A stretch of 64,000 nucleotides of DNA from Pseudomonadota bacterium (GCA_040389165.1 JAZKAK010000003.1:12931-76930), one strand, 5' to 3'; positions 18,456-29,528 are shown, numbered from the stretch's first letter. Notes: generated by a model from the letters alone, not told the origin. Numbers and translations: made by a program.

Positions 18456-19601
18456 ATGAAACAACGAATTTTAGGTGCGATATTTTTAATTGGCGGCACA
18501 ACCATTGGCGCTGGCATGTTAGCCCTTCCTATGACCTCTTCACATTTTGGTTTTTACAAAAGCGTGGCCCTACTTTTTGGTATGTGGTTATACATGTTGC
18601 TCGCCGCCGTTATCATGGTTGAAATTAGTCATGGAAAAGGGCAAAGCATCGCAGCCCTTTCGGAAAATCGTTTAGGGAAACCAGCAAAGTTTGTTGCAGC
18701 ATCAAGTATGTTGGTTTTGTTTTGGTCCTTGCTCTGGTGTTATATCTCAGGGGGAAGCTCGATTTTACATCAAGAAATTGGTGGAGCCGTGCCTGTTCCA
18801 GTACTTGTGATTGCATTCACATTATGTCTTGGTGTGTTCGTGGCAATCTGCACACGGGCTGTCGATTACGCCAATCGCTTTGTATTGTTTTTTAAGATCG
18901 CGATTTTTGCTGTTATCGTGGCGGGCTTATTACCATTCATACAAACCGAAAACCTAGCAAAGACCACAGTTAACTCCGGTTTTTCATTTTACTATGCAAT
19001 TCCAATTTATTTCACGTCATTCGCATTTCACGGATCAATTCCAAGTCTTATTTCGTATTTAGACGGCAGTAAAAAAAACATATATAAAAGCCTGATCATT
19101 GGCAGCTTGCTACCCTTGATTGTATTTTCATTATGGCAGCTAATTACGTTAGGGAATCTCGGTGGCACATTAACAGGAACCGAAGACGTTGGCGTCTTTA
19201 TCACACGTCTTACCGAAAAAACAGGCAATCCTTATCTTACATTTTTAACTAACGCTTTCGCACTAACGGGAATGGCGTCGTCTTTCTTAGGGGTGGCACT
19301 TGGCTTGTTTGATTACATTGCGGAATGGTTTAAGAAAAAGAATGATGTAAAAACACGCCTTAAAGTGGCTTCATTAACGTTTGGTCTGCCGCTCATACTT
19401 GCGTTGATTTATCCAAAAGGTTTCATTGCTGCACTGGGTTGCGCAGCCGTGGCATTAAGTCTTTTAGCGGTTGTGTTGCCATGCCTTATTGCCCTAAAAG
19501 AGGAACGTCCATCTTCATTTATCTTCAACAAAGGGCTTGTTCTAGTGATATTACTTGGTGGCATCGCGGTGATTGCAATCGAAGTGGTTTTAAAAAGTTA
19601 A
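18456..19601 (+). CDS. Aromatic amino acid permease, HAAAP family (TyrP/Mtr/TnaB-like)
   Basis: 381 aa, about 11 TM segments, with the N-terminal signature GGTTIGAGMLALP. Confidence 0.8.
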   Translation: MKQRILGAIFLIGGTTIGAGMLALPMTSSHFGFYKSVALLFGMWLYMLLAAVIMVEISHGKGQSIAALSENRLGKPAKFVAASSMLVLFWSLLWCYISGGSSILHQEIGGAVPVPVLVIAFTLCLGVFVAICTRAVDYANRFVLFFKIAIFAVIVAGLLPFIQTENLAKTTVNSGFSFYYAIPIYFTSFAFHGSIPSLISYLDGSKKNIYKSLIIGSLLPLIVFSLWQLITLGNLGGTLTGTEDVGVFITRLTEKTGNPYLTFLTNAFALTGMASSFLGVALGLFDYIAEWFKKKNDVKTRLKVASLTFGLPLILALIYPKGFIAALGCAAVALSLLAVVLPCLIALKEERPSSFIFNKGLVLVILLGGIAVIAIEVVLKS

Positions 19602-19621
19602 ACTTCATTAAGGAAAAAAGA

Positions 19622-19927
19622 ATGACGTATAAATATAGTGTTACTGGAATGGCAATGGGTTTATTGCTGACCACACACGCGACTATGGCTGCAGAGACTG
19701 CAAATGCAAGTGAAGGAATTCTTGAGTTTGATTTATCTCGCCTTACTCTATGCGGTGTATGCGCACCAGAAAAACCAAAAATTAGCGCAGTCCAAACAAA
19801 CGTGGTGGAAAAGCATCATCATAAACGACGTGATGGAAAAATATGTACCGACGAGCACAAATCCAGCACACCGCAGCACGCAGCTCATGGCGAGGATGAC
19901 TCCAGCGATGACGAGGCCAGCCATTAA
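19622..19927 (+). CDS. Hypothetical small secreted His/Asp-rich protein
   Basis: ATG at 19622 is preceded by AAGGAAAAAAGA. It has the signal-like MAMGLLLTTHATMA and lies within the longer track ORF 19439..19927, whose 5' part overlaps the permease. Confidence 0.4.
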   Translation: MTYKYSVTGMAMGLLLTTHATMAAETANASEGILEFDLSRLTLCGVCAPEKPKISAVQTNVVEKHHHKRRDGKICTDEHKSSTPQHAAHGEDDSSDDEASH

Positions 19928-20050
19928 GTTAAGACTTTCCTGCTCTCGTCATGGTGCGTCCGCAAGGGGCTCGCCATGATGGCAGTGGGCGCGATATTTA
20001 AATTAAAAATTAACTAAAATGCGTAAGCGTAGGCCTTAAGATCTGCTCCT

Positions 20051-21088
20051 CTATGCAACGTTCTCAACGGCGCCCGTCATCATGCGCTGCTCCGTTACGC
20101 GTGCCACAACATAATTTGGCAATTGCTCCAGCACATCACGTATCGGCGACGCCGGCAATAATATCACCGCGTCACGTGCTTGTTTCGCAAACGAAAACGC
20201 CACGTCGATACAGGCATCAAAAATGCCCCCACCTGTAAACAAGTGACCCACACGTTTAAAATCAGCTTCCGTCCGCACAGCGTCTGGCACAAAAAGCGTT
20301 TGCAACCATTTTGTATCGGCGAGCATTTTCTGCGCGAGAATAATCGGCAACGTCACTTTGCCTTCAAAAAAGTCCTCACCTGGTTTTTTACCATAATTCT
20401 CAGTCGGGAAATAATCCAAAATGTCGTCCGTAATCTGAAATGCCAGACCAACGTTACGACCAAAAGTAGTAAGCAATTCCAATTGCTCCACACTCGCACA
20501 ACCAATCATGCCACCTACAGTACACGCCGCCTCAAACAACACAGCTGTTTTACGTTCGGCAATTTTAAGGTACACATCATACGAAAGATCAATCTGATGA
20601 CTCTGGCTCAACTGCAGAACCTCACCTTCAGCAATCAATGCCAACGCATCAGCCAACACTTTCAATACGCCCTTTGTATCGGCTAAAACCATCACCTGAA
20701 AGGCCCGTGAAAACAAAAAATCACCTGCAAGCACGCTCATCGTGTTACCCCAAAGTGCATTCGCCGTTTTTTGCCCACGCCTTAAATCTGATTCATCAAC
20801 AACATCATCATGCAATAACGTTGCCGTATGTATTAATTCAACCGCCGCCCCTAAATAAAGACTATCCTGATGCAAATTACCAAACAAACGCTGACTGGCA
20901 AGTGTCAACATCGGCCTGATACGCTTTCCACCCGCTTTCACCAAATGCTCAGCCACAGTCGATACAAGCGGCACATCACTTTTAAGATGCCCAAGCAAAA
21001 CAGCATTCAAGGCATGCATATCATCATTTAAAAGATGGTGGAGCTTTGTTAAGGGGGCTACAGCAGATTTCATAAGCAAATGTTTCAA
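20051..21088 (-). CDS. ispB: Octaprenyl/polyprenyl diphosphate synthase
   Basis: 345 aa with both DDxxD motifs (LLHDDVVDESDLRRG and FQITDDILD). Confidence 0.9.
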   Translation of the reverse strand: MKHLLMKSAVAPLTKLHHLLNDDMHALNAVLLGHLKSDVPLVSTVAEHLVKAGGKRIRPMLTLASQRLFGNLHQDSLYLGAAVELIHTATLLHDDVVDESDLRRGQKTANALWGNTMSVLAGDFLFSRAFQVMVLADTKGVLKVLADALALIAEGEVLQLSQSHQIDLSYDVYLKIAERKTAVLFEAACTVGGMIGCASVEQLELLTTFGRNVGLAFQITDDILDYFPTENYGKKPGEDFFEGKVTLPIILAQKMLADTKWLQTLFVPDAVRTEADFKRVGHLFTGGGIFDACIDVAFSFAKQARDAVILLPASPIRDVLEQLPNYVVARVTEQRMMTGAVENVA

Positions 21089-21161
21089 TTCAAAAATTCA
21101 ATGTTTGACAGATAAGTTTAACTGATTAAAATGAAATCTGAAATGAGGAAAAGCTATTTTT

Positions 21162-21932
21162 ATGACAGATGCACCGATTGAACCCATTTATACTGAAGAT
21201 TTTCTGCTTGGCGGACGTGTTTTAGTGCGTCAACCAAGATTGGGGTACCGTGTAGCCATCGATCCTATCTTTTTAGCGGCCTCTGTTCATGCCGAACCAG
21301 GGCATACTATTTTAGATGTAGGCGCCGGTGTCGGTGCGGCCTCACTCTGTCTTGCGGCACGGTGTATGGATGTTAAAATAACAGCGGTTGAACTGTTGCG
21401 CGAACATGTGCGTTATGCAGTCGATAATGTGAATATCAATCGCCTGCGTGATCGAATTGAGGTGTTGCATGGCGATCTAATGCACCCACCGCCACGTCTT
21501 GCAGCAGGTACATTTACGCATGTGATAGCCAATCCACCGTATCTTGAAACGGCGCGTGGACGTGTATCAACAAACCCAATTAAAGCGGCTGCGAACCATG
21601 AAGGCAGCGCAGATCTAGACCAATGGGCAAAATTCTGCCTGCTGATGGTAAAACCAAAAGGAACCGTAACCTTTATTCATCGCGCTGATCGCTTGCCTGA
21701 TATATTGTCGTATTTCTCGGGAAAATTAGGTGACATTATTGTATACCCCCTATGGCCCGGCAAACACAAAGCGGCAAAGCGCGTATTGGTGCGCGGCATC
21801 AAGAATTCACATGGCACATTAAAACTAATGCCCGGCATGTTATTACATCAAGAAGACGGGAGATTCACTCCCGAAGCCGATGCTATTTTACGTAATGCAC
21901 ACGGTTTGGATATGCTGCAGGAGTACAATTAG
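21162..21932 (+). CDS. N6-adenine-type class I methyltransferase (tRNA m6A37 TrmN6/YfiC-like)
   Basis: 256 aa with SAM motif I ILDVGAGVGAASL and the catalytic NPPY motif (IANPPY). Confidence 0.75.
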   Translation: MTDAPIEPIYTEDFLLGGRVLVRQPRLGYRVAIDPIFLAASVHAEPGHTILDVGAGVGAASLCLAARCMDVKITAVELLREHVRYAVDNVNINRLRDRIEVLHGDLMHPPPRLAAGTFTHVIANPPYLETARGRVSTNPIKAAANHEGSADLDQWAKFCLLMVKPKGTVTFIHRADRLPDILSYFSGKLGDIIVYPLWPGKHKAAKRVLVRGIKNSHGTLKLMPGMLLHQEDGRFTPEADAILRNAHGLDMLQEYN

Positions 21933-22069
21933 CCAGCCATGTTTTAGAATTTACAAAAAATCATTCAACATGCCCCCGCCTAGCTGTTCACAGTTAATTT
22001 GATTCTATTTCCGTCATGGCAAACCCCAGCAGGGGTGCCGCTGCCATTAAGTCAAGACGTTCCCGCTAT

Positions 22070-22157
22070 CGTCATGGCGAATCCCGCAAAGCGGGCTGTG
22101 GCCATCCAGTTGGCTGTTTTCCTGGATCACCAGGGCTCTTACGAGACTCGTGATGAC
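22070..22157. repeat. RE-E copy
   Basis: CGTCATGGCGAATCCCGCAAAGCGGGCTGTGGCCATCCAGTTGG...CTCGTGATGAC. It generates the spurious ORF 21999..22184. Confidence 0.65.
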
Positions 22158-22197
22158 AACGAATCCATAACAATTGAAAGGTGAATTGCCACGTTCT

Positions 22198-23307
22198 TCA
22201 AAACCGGCCGCTTGACACATTTTTATCCATATTATAAAGCGCAGTTATGGCTTCGCTTGAAAGATCATCTTCTTCACCCCAATCCGCTTCCGTATAATCG
22301 GCAATTTTGCGATCGCAATAGACAGAATACGTAGCTTTTCGTGCATCTAAATATGCACGGATTAAGCCGACTGCCGCTTCTTTTTCGCCTTTAGTAATTC
22401 CATCTGCATTCGGATTACCAAATTTTCGCCCCAGCGCGTTTGATCTAAGATTTCCTCTCGTATTTCCTTGACCAGCTATGTTGGGTTTGTTCGCTCGAAA
22501 TTTAAGAGGATCTCCAAGGTATACAGCCAAAATTTCGTCAGACGTAATAGCATAGGAATTAGACTCATCCAACTCTGAGCAAAAATTCACGCGATGTCTT
22601 AACCTACCCGCCGCACGTGAAACAGCGGAAACCGATTTCAATATTCCTTTTATACATGCTTGACTTAGCGCAAGCTCTGTAATAACAGGCTCTAACGGAT
22701 CGTATCTTCTAATACGTAGACTTGGATTTGCCAAACGGAATCCAGACTCATGTTCCATGAACACCTCATTAAACCAACGTGCATACATCTCACGTTTAAC
22801 CCCACTGTATGTAAACAAGTTGGTGTATGCATTTCCATAGCAGGCTAAGTATCTGATATCAATTGGTTGATAGCCATTTTGCCTGACTTTCATCATCAGA
22901 ACCTGCGAAAGATCATTCACAAGACGAATAACCTCGAAATGCCTAAAGAAGGGACTCTCTTCAGATAAAATAGGAAGGTCATCCTTATCAAACTCATAAC
23001 GTTTATCGACAATCCACGATCCCATAATGGCTTTAAAAACACATTCGTTCTCTTCTGGCGCAGCCATGCGTCCAGCGATAAGGTCATCTAGATCAATCAG
23101 AAAGTCATCAATCTCCATTGTGTACTCACACAAGACATCGCTCTTCTCTATTACCTCTCCATCCACCACCATACTGTTTTGGAAATCAGGCACGGTATTA
23201 AACACGATGCATCGCTTAGCATGATATTCTTGAATATAATCGCATGCAAAACTGTGTGTTGCGCTGATAAGAATAGCCACAATGTTAGCACAAATAAATA
23301 TCTTCAT
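22198..23307 (-). CDS. Hypothetical secreted protein
   Basis: ORF runs to 23331. The likely ATG is 23307, giving signal peptide MKIFICANIVAILISATHSFA. No recognisable domain, and there is an acidic stretch near the C-terminus. Confidence 0.5.
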   Translation of the reverse strand: MKIFICANIVAILISATHSFACDYIQEYHAKRCIVFNTVPDFQNSMVVDGEVIEKSDVLCEYTMEIDDFLIDLDDLIAGRMAAPEENECVFKAIMGSWIVDKRYEFDKDDLPILSEESPFFRHFEVIRLVNDLSQVLMMKVRQNGYQPIDIRYLACYGNAYTNLFTYSGVKREMYARWFNEVFMEHESGFRLANPSLRIRRYDPLEPVITELALSQACIKGILKSVSAVSRAAGRLRHRVNFCSELDESNSYAITSDEILAVYLGDPLKFRANKPNIAGQGNTRGNLRSNALGRKFGNPNADGITKGEKEAAVGLIRAYLDARKATYSVYCDRKIADYTEADWGEEDDLSSEAITALYNMDKNVSSGRF

Positions 23308-23366
23308 ATACTCTGTAATTAGAATTACCATACATCAATACATACTGCACATTTATTAATAATGTG

Positions 23367-23609
23367 TTAACAGCTGTGTGCATTAATGCTCTTGTTGACC
23401 ATTTTAAAAAGGCACATCAACCCTTTTGCGGACTTTGTATTTTTTGCGGGTTTTTCCCATATGCCTTTATAAACATCTGGATTGTCGTTAAACTCACCAC
23501 AACGCAGTTCGTTGGTTTCTAAAATAATATCAATGGTTGAATTAGAAAAACAATGCGTCACACGTGCAAAACGGATTAATATAAAATTTATGTTAATTTT
23601 TTTGATCAT
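23367..23609 (-). CDS. Hypothetical protein (weak)
   Basis: 80-aa AT-rich ORF with no motif. It is kept only because no better frame covers this spacer. Confidence 0.2.
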   Translation of the reverse strand: MIKKININFILIRFARVTHCFSNSTIDIILETNELRCGEFNDNPDVYKGIWEKPAKNTKSAKGLMCLFKMVNKSINAHSC

Positions 23610-23671
23610 TCGTGAAAATTTGTTTACATATATTTTCTAACATAAAGAAATTAATTCCACAATTCCTAACG

Positions 23672-24856
23672 TCACGTTAATTCAGTCAACGGCTCAACCG
23701 CCAGCGGCATCGTCTTAATTTTTGGCGAAAGCACAAATTCTCGGCCATAAGGTACCACCACATTCAGCTCATCCAATTTCAAGTCAGCCAGAGCAATCCG
23801 CATCGACTTTGAAATCGTTGGTTTTGAGGTAAACTTTAATTCATAACCGTATCGCTTACCATCTTTTAACAACATAAGGTCTAGTTCTGCCTGATTAGAT
23901 GTCGCCCAAAAATAGCAATCATCGCGATCAGCATCCATCTTTTGCACAATTGCATTAATCCCAAAACCTTCCCAAATAGCGCCAAGTTTGGGATGACTAA
24001 GCAAATCGAGATAGGTCTTTATACCCAACAATGCACACAACAACCCTGTATCATTGAAATAGATTTTTGAACGCTTTACTTGTCGCTTTCCTAAATTCTC
24101 ATGCCATGGCTTCAACTCCGTAACCATGAAAGAGGATGATAATATATGCATATAGCGTTGAGCCGTTTTAACCGAAATGCCCAAATTCGTTGCGATCTCT
24201 GTCGCATTAAAAATTTGCCCATGATAGTGCGCTAACAGCTGCCAAAAACGCCTCATTGTGGCTGGTTCAACATCAAAACCAAGCGCATCAAGATCGCGCT
24301 CTAGATATGTTTTTATGTAATTTTGACGCCATACATAGCTTGCATTTGGGTTGGAGGCTAAAATTGACTTTGGAAAACCTCCTGCCGTTAAATGTTGTTC
24401 AAGCGGCAAATCCGTTTCGCCCATTGAAAGTGGCAGCAACTCAATATAACCAATACGTCCTGCCAGCGTTTCACTACTTTGATACAAAAGATCGCGTGAA
24501 GCACTGCCCAAAATTAGATACCTTTGAGGCTTATGATCAACCAAGTAACGTAAATTTGGAAAAAGATCAGGTCGCCTTTGAATCTCATCGATCACAATCA
24601 GACCTTCAAGCGATTCAAGCGCTAGCTGAGGATCATTTAACATGGTCAGATCACGATCATTCTCAAGGTCAAAAAAATGAACTGGCTGGCCAAGGTGCGT
24701 TTTTTCTTTAAGCGTTTTAATGTACTGCCGTGACAACGTTGACTTACCAACCTGCCGTGCACCTAACAGTGCTACGATTGGAAAGATCTCAAATAAGGCC
24801 TCTATGCGTTCTAAATAAGATGATCTATCAATAGCTGTCATAAGAATCAAGGTCAC
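23672..24856 (-). CDS. AAA+ ATPase with DUF4143-like C-terminal domain
   Basis: 394 aa with Walker A GARQVGKST and Walker B LIVIDEIQ. The overall layout matches the widespread ATP-binding protein family. Confidence 0.8.
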   Translation of the reverse strand: MTLILMTAIDRSSYLERIEALFEIFPIVALLGARQVGKSTLSRQYIKTLKEKTHLGQPVHFFDLENDRDLTMLNDPQLALESLEGLIVIDEIQRRPDLFPNLRYLVDHKPQRYLILGSASRDLLYQSSETLAGRIGYIELLPLSMGETDLPLEQHLTAGGFPKSILASNPNASYVWRQNYIKTYLERDLDALGFDVEPATMRRFWQLLAHYHGQIFNATEIATNLGISVKTAQRYMHILSSSFMVTELKPWHENLGKRQVKRSKIYFNDTGLLCALLGIKTYLDLLSHPKLGAIWEGFGINAIVQKMDADRDDCYFWATSNQAELDLMLLKDGKRYGYELKFTSKPTISKSMRIALADLKLDELNVVVPYGREFVLSPKIKTMPLAVEPLTELT

Positions 24857-25017
24857 ACAAAGGTTTTATTAACAAATTGTATCCTATTTTTCAAAATTCA
24901 TCCATGTATTTGTGGAGTGAAGGGTGTGTTTTGCATGGAAGTTTTAGATACCCGGGTCACGCCCGGGCAAAACACAATGTGGTTTTTATGTGCTCATGCA
25001 TTCACTGCATCAAGCTA

Positions 25018-27042
25018 TTAAGACGCAACGCGCGCAGACCCCGATTGATAAATCTTGTACATCAACCAAGAAAACATACCAATACCCGCACATTCAACGA
25101 TCATTTTTGGCAAAGTCATGAACAAGCGTTCATTCATGTGATACCCTTGCGACAAAGGAATCGCAATCAAGACGCCCATCAAAGCCGTACCAGCAATCAC
25201 ACCTGACGCATAAAGAACTCCTTTTTGCTCAGCTGCAGCTTGGTGTTCTTGTGGCAATAATTCACGTTTTTTCGTTGTATAATGCGCCAAAATTCCGCCA
25301 AGACAAAATGTCAAAATAGCGGCAGCTGGCATATACATACCAAAGGCAACGGCCAATACAGGCAGTGAATTTTTACTTCCTTTCGCCTTAAGGAAATGAT
25401 CGCCAATAATAACGGCAACCCCAATGATGCCGCCAATGATAATCATCACCCAATCAACGCCGCCTGCAAAAAGACCTTTTGTCAGTGTTGCCATCATTGT
25501 TGCTTGCGGTGCCTTTAGCGTTTGCGTCAAATCCATGCCTGCACGTGGCACAACGTCGCCAAATCCATACGCATTAAATAAAAGCTCAAGCACCGGACCA
25601 ACAACAATCGCACCACCCACAACACCAACAAGTAACATAAGCTGCTGTTTCCATGGTGTAGAACCAACCATCGACCCTGCTTTAAGATCTTGCATATTGT
25701 CACAGCTAAGTGACGCAGCAAGTGCAACGATCGAGGCAAACAAAATTGTCGCACCAGCAACAGAACCTGCATGTACAGAATTCACTGAAAAATCAACGTG
25801 CCCCATAAGAACAGCAAATAACATACCACCGAACAACAATATACCCGAGATCGTAATACCTGAGACCGGCAACAGGGTCGACCCAACAATACCCGTTAGA
25901 TACGAAGCAACCGCCGCACAGCCAAATGCAATGGTAAGCGATGCGACAACAGCAGCAACCGTTACCAAAAGACCATGCCCAAACGATAAATCAAGCGGTA
26001 CTGAAAGCACGTTATAGAACATAATCAACAACGGAATCGCTAAAACAAGCGTCATTACACCTACATAGTTCATTGGTATATCACGCTCGACACGTGGCAA
26101 AGACGATATATCAACACCATTGCCCTTAAATGTATCAATGGACGAACGAATAGCATCCATCATGATTTTGGAAAGAGAGAACATCCCCCACAAACCACCA
26201 ATGATCATGGCCCCAACGCCCATCATCTTTACTTTTTTCCAAATGGCAAATGCAGCAACCTGAGCGTCAGCTTCTGGCGCACCATAAAGCATTGCGTAAA
26301 CAGGGACGCCAATACCCCACGTGATAAGGCTGCCAACAATAATCGATACAGAAACACGAAGACCCACGATATAACCTGCACCTACCAGAACAGGCGACAA
26401 TTCAAGACCCGTTCCAAAAGGAACCGAACCAAGTTTCGTCCATGCTTGCACTTCGGATGTCAGCCACTTAGCGCCATCTTGAAAAAAACTGACAAGCCCT
26501 GCAAAAGCACCACCTGTAATAAGCACTCTTCCACTATTGGATGCTTCTGCTGATTTCAATACAGCAGCCGTTGCAATACCTTCTGGATACGGTAAGTTTT
26601 GCTCAACAATCATACTGCGACGAAGTGGCACCGAAAAGGCTACGCCTAAGAAGCCACCGATAATGGCAACAGAAAGCACTTCAAAATAATTAAAATGGTC
26701 CCAAAAACCAATCATAACAAGTGCTGGAATCGTAAAGGTAACGCCCGCACTGACAACTTCACCAGCAGATGCAGTGGTTTGCACGATGTTATGCTCAAGG
26801 ACGCTTGTTTTTTTCCAGAAACTTAAAAAGAGTATTGATAAAACTGCTGCTGGAATAGACCCGGAGATCGTTCTACCGACTTTCAGTGCGACGTACGTGT
26901 TTGATGCACACAACACCATAGCGAGAATGAAACCAAGGACAACGGCCTTCAGTGTCATTTCCGGTAAGGAACGATCGTTCTCTGCTGGGCTTGGCGCCTC
27001 AGCCATGGGGTCTGCATAAACTGTGTTGACCGATATGGCCAT
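25018..27042 (-). CDS. OPT-family oligopeptide transporter
   Basis: 674 aa and highly hydrophobic (about 16 TM). The N-terminal TLKAVVLG...NTYVALKVG pattern is typical of bacterial OPT proteins. Confidence 0.85.
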   Translation of the reverse strand: MAISVNTVYADPMAEAPSPAENDRSLPEMTLKAVVLGFILAMVLCASNTYVALKVGRTISGSIPAAVLSILFLSFWKKTSVLEHNIVQTTASAGEVVSAGVTFTIPALVMIGFWDHFNYFEVLSVAIIGGFLGVAFSVPLRRSMIVEQNLPYPEGIATAAVLKSAEASNSGRVLITGGAFAGLVSFFQDGAKWLTSEVQAWTKLGSVPFGTGLELSPVLVGAGYIVGLRVSVSIIVGSLITWGIGVPVYAMLYGAPEADAQVAAFAIWKKVKMMGVGAMIIGGLWGMFSLSKIMMDAIRSSIDTFKGNGVDISSLPRVERDIPMNYVGVMTLVLAIPLLIMFYNVLSVPLDLSFGHGLLVTVAAVVASLTIAFGCAAVASYLTGIVGSTLLPVSGITISGILLFGGMLFAVLMGHVDFSVNSVHAGSVAGATILFASIVALAASLSCDNMQDLKAGSMVGSTPWKQQLMLLVGVVGGAIVVGPVLELLFNAYGFGDVVPRAGMDLTQTLKAPQATMMATLTKGLFAGGVDWVMIIIGGIIGVAVIIGDHFLKAKGSKNSLPVLAVAFGMYMPAAAILTFCLGGILAHYTTKKRELLPQEHQAAAEQKGVLYASGVIAGTALMGVLIAIPLSQGYHMNERLFMTLPKMIVECAGIGMFSWLMYKIYQSGSARVAS

Positions 27043-27570
27043 ATAAACCTCCTATTCGCTAACATCAATTTCATAACTGAAAGTGATGAGTAATTTACGC
27101 TCAACTGAACGTATTATTTTTAGTGAGCAATGAGCTTAGCCAGCCGAGCTGTGCCACATCCATAGCTCAGACAATACACGTATTTCGTTCGATCATTTTT
27201 AAAAATCACACAATACGTTAAGTATATGTTAACGAGAAACAGGGTATTGTGCAAACTTATTAGGGAATACAGTGTACACCTTTTCCGCCTCTGTGCATTA
27301 CCCGTCCCCTGACGTGATCCCGCTGTCCTTAAGTTAATACGTTTCTGCTATCGTCATGGCGCAGGAGTTATGATGATGCACCTCCTGTTATACGAATGTC
27401 ACAAAACCAAAATCATACACACCAATTTGCTGCGGCTTTTCACTTGCGATACTTTGAACATAGTTCCAAAGCAGATAAAGAAATTCCCCTGATTGCTTTA
27501 AGACAAATTGCACAAACTCAGGGTCATCCAAAAGAGTTGGGTGCCATTAATATGCTTTGTGAGAGTAATA

Positions 27571-27695
27571 ATACCATTTTCAGAAAAGTTTGAGTGATAG
27601 GAGATCGAAGCTCGAGGCGCGGAGTTTACTCATGTAAATGAGCACCGAGAGTCTGAAGAGACGACGCATCAATCAATCTTTAATGAAATTGGTAT
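27571..27695 (+). repeat. RE-A diverged copy
   Basis: Same length and termini (ATACCATTTTC...GAAATTGGTAT), with a diverged interior. Confidence 0.6.
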
Positions 27696-27985
27696 AACCT
27701 GGATGATCAACGTTTTGGCTATGAACTTAAACAGCTGCTTTTACCTGATGAGCATCCTCTGAAATGAAGCGCGGCGAGAATAATTTGAGTCTGCATTCGT
27801 CGTCACGAGAAAGCTTTAGCTAACGCTGATGAACAATAATTCCGGGAATTTTAAGTGTCGCTCATCAGACGCGGTGATCCAGAAAAACTCTGGATTGCCC
27901 CGCTCTTTTCAAGGGTTCGCAATGATGGGATATCAATTAAAAGGTGAGTACATACGTGAGCAGCGGAGAATTTCGCAGATTCTTG

Positions 27986-28858
27986 CTATAGAGCCGCCAC
28001 AAACAACCCAGCCTCATCCGCCAACCGAATCACATCAACCAGATCCAACACCTGCACACCGTCAGCCTCGATTGCGACACCAGACAAGCCAGCGTCACGC
28101 ACCTGCGTAATCGTATCCACCCCGATCGTGGGCATATCGACCTGTTGACTTTGCCCGACCTTGCGCATCTTAACAAACACACCACCGCGTGCCCGCCCAA
28201 GGGCCTTCACATGCCCCAACAGAGCCGCTGTGCCCTCAATTGTCTCAATCCCTAGCACGCACCCATCATGCACAACAACCCCCTGCCCCACGTCAAATGG
28301 TGACAAGACATTCAATAGCGACACGCCATGTTCAATATCACGTTGATCAGCATCCGTCGGTGCACGTGCCGTCAAAACACCCGCAGATGCAAACAGATTC
28401 CCGACCAGCTCATGTGGTGGAATTACCTGATACCCCTCCGCTTCAAGCAAGGCGACAATGCCGCCTAACAAATGATTATCGCCCTTAACCGCATTTAGAC
28501 CGAGCACCTTTAACCAGCGCGCGCCCACCCAATCCATTGATAAATCACGCAGCTTAGGTCGCGTCAAACCACCAGCCATCGTCACATCCGTGACATGCCA
28601 CTGTTTAAAGAAATCAAGCACAGGCCCGATAACCCCCAACTTCACCCACAATACAGGAATATCAACAGACAAACGTTCAGGCAGATCGGTTGGGGTTTGC
28701 CCCTCAAACGCAACAACAACAAGTGGACGCACGTCTTTTTGCGTATCAATGATTTTATGCGGCAGATCACCACGGCCAGCAATTAGCGCAAGGGCATTAT
28801 TCCGAGAGACATTATTCATAAGGAGATTATTCACAGGTTCATTATTCTTCATAAACAA
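27986..28858 (-). CDS. lpxI: UDP-2,3-diacylglucosamine pyrophosphatase LpxI (DUF1009)
   Basis: Contains LALIAGRGDLP, FDVGQGVVV, ETIEGT and VDMPTIGVDTI. It aligns by eye along its length with Caulobacter-type LpxI as I recall that sequence. The start may instead be the internal Met at 28819. Confidence 0.82.
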   Translation of the reverse strand: MFMKNNEPVNNLLMNNVSRNNALALIAGRGDLPHKIIDTQKDVRPLVVVAFEGQTPTDLPERLSVDIPVLWVKLGVIGPVLDFFKQWHVTDVTMAGGLTRPKLRDLSMDWVGARWLKVLGLNAVKGDNHLLGGIVALLEAEGYQVIPPHELVGNLFASAGVLTARAPTDADQRDIEHGVSLLNVLSPFDVGQGVVVHDGCVLGIETIEGTAALLGHVKALGRARGGVFVKMRKVGQSQQVDMPTIGVDTITQVRDAGLSGVAIEADGVQVLDLVDVIRLADEAGLFVAAL

Positions 28859-29528
28859 TATTACAGTCTAAACATGTATCGATGATATGTTCTGGCAAAG
28901 GCGCCACCACGTGAATAGCCGGCTTTTTTTGATGATACGGAATCGTAACAGCGCGCGCATGCAGATGCAAATAAGGCGGATCCCGTAGATCACGTACGCC
29001 ATAGATTGCATCCCCCAAAATCGGAAATCCCATGGCTTGGCAATGCACACGCAATTGATGCGTCCGCCCCGTAATGGGCGACAATTCAAGCAACGTTAGG
29101 CCAAAATCACCGCGGCTCAACACACGATATTCGGTGATTGCCTCTTGCCCATCAGGATCAACCTTCATCCACCAGCTGCGTTTATCGGTACTTTGTTTCG
29201 CAAGGGGGAAATCAATAACGCCTTCATCAGCATCGGGCGCTCCATTAACAACAGCCCAATACGTCTTCTTAATTTGCCCTGTTTGAAACAGATGGCCAAG
29301 ATGCTTAAGCGCAACCCTATGACGCCCAAGCACTAAGCACCCACTTGTCCCCGCATCAAGACGGTGCGCAAGTTGCGGGGGATTCGGCAAACCAAATGCA
29401 TACTCTTTTAGAATTTCCTCTAAATTCGGCCCTTTCCCCATACCACGATGCACGGCGATTCCGCTTGGTTTGTTAATTACTAGCAACATTGCATCTCTAT
29501 GTAAGAGATTTTTCTCAAAATTAAACAT
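28842..29528 (-). CDS. RluA-family pseudouridine synthase
   Basis: 228 aa with the catalytic motif HRLDAGTSGCLVLG and GRTHQLRVH. Confidence 0.88.
   Translation of the reverse strand: MFNFEKNLLHRDAMLLVINKPSGIAVHRGMGKGPNLEEILKEYAFGLPNPPQLAHRLDAGTSGCLVLGRHRVALKHLGHLFQTGQIKKTYWAVVNGAPDADEGVIDFPLAKQSTDKRSWWMKVDPDGQEAITEYRVLSRGDFGLTLLELSPITGRTHQLRVHCQAMGFPILGDAIYGVRDLRDPPYLHLHARAVTIPYHQKKPAIHVVAPLPEHIIDTCLDCNIVYEE

Noticed and set aside
19439-19621. The long version of ORF 19439..19927, which overlaps the 3' end of the HAAAP permease.
   Set aside because: The 5' portion is out of frame within the permease gene. A good RBS and signal peptide appear only at the internal ATG 19622.
22198-24856. A possible defence or toxin-antitoxin module, made of the DUF4143 AAA+ ATPase plus the neighbouring hypothetical ORFs.
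   Set aside because: There is no nuclease, HEPN, TIR, methylase or antitoxin-like partner. The ATPase family is widespread as a stand-alone gene. The neighbours are a signal-peptide protein and a weak 80-aa ORF on the same strand, with large gaps between them.
27043-27985. A 940-bp gene-free gap, searched for tRNA, ncRNA or a pseudogene. It includes the 65-aa ORF 27396..27593.
   Set aside because: No tRNA T-loop or cloverleaf signatures were seen. The gap is largely RE-A (27571-27695) and RE-E-like palindromes. The 65-aa ORF runs into the RE-A copy and has no recognisable motif. A degraded gene remnant cannot be excluded without BLASTX.
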